This document shows positions 63,840-64,000 of a DNA stretch of 64,000 bases, piece by piece (positions within the stretch are counted from its first letter, which is position 1; every line of letters starts with the position of its first letter). Under the pieces are notes generated by a model. It had not been told where the DNA came from. It made no database searches and saw nothing but the letters and a program-made list of their open reading frames with translations. The DNA lies in NCBI GenBank assembly GCA_030390025.1, contig CM059440.1, positions 44,640,001 through 44,704,000 of the forward strand. Reading direction: 5' to 3'. The DNA comes from Squalus acanthias. Lineage: Eukaryota. The position numbers were made by a program, and so were the translations under genes.

Positions 63840-64000
63840 TAAGTTCCTATGTCCACAATGGAAACTTGCTAAATGAACACAGGTGGAGGCACTGCATTGC
63901 CTCCACTGAAGCTCTAATTACAGTTTGGCAAATTTATATAGGCAGTTTCAATCATAAATGTGGTATAAGAATATAAAATGGAAATATAAAATGAGGATAG

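Overview
Vertebrate genomic DNA; the repeat families (Deu-domain SINEs, shark-type CR1 LINEs, Neptune-type Penelope elements) point to a cartilaginous fish. Much of the window is nested, mostly decayed mobile DNA. It contains many CR1 LINE fragments, a second CR1-group LINE family ('LINE-B'), an L2 fragment, Deu-SINEs that seed 33-bp minisatellites, Penelope-like elements carrying minimal hammerhead ribozymes, a degenerate Harbinger transposon with related MITEs, and one near-complete GC-rich Ty3/Gypsy LTR element of CsRn1 type (40224-44555). Several phase-compatible minus-strand exons, plus one strong plus-strand exon, suggest host gene(s) I cannot name. The most notable signal is at 449-5868. 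Once two nested CR1 inserts are removed, the LINE-B copy reads as a ~3.2-kb element with a tRNA-derived A/B-box head, no ORF1, a single APE-RT ORF and no sense-strand TTTT. A SINE at 35950-36440 is its internal-deletion derivative. This is a candidate Pol III-promoter LINE/SINE system. All calls were made by eye with no searches run, and boundaries of decayed repeats are approximate.
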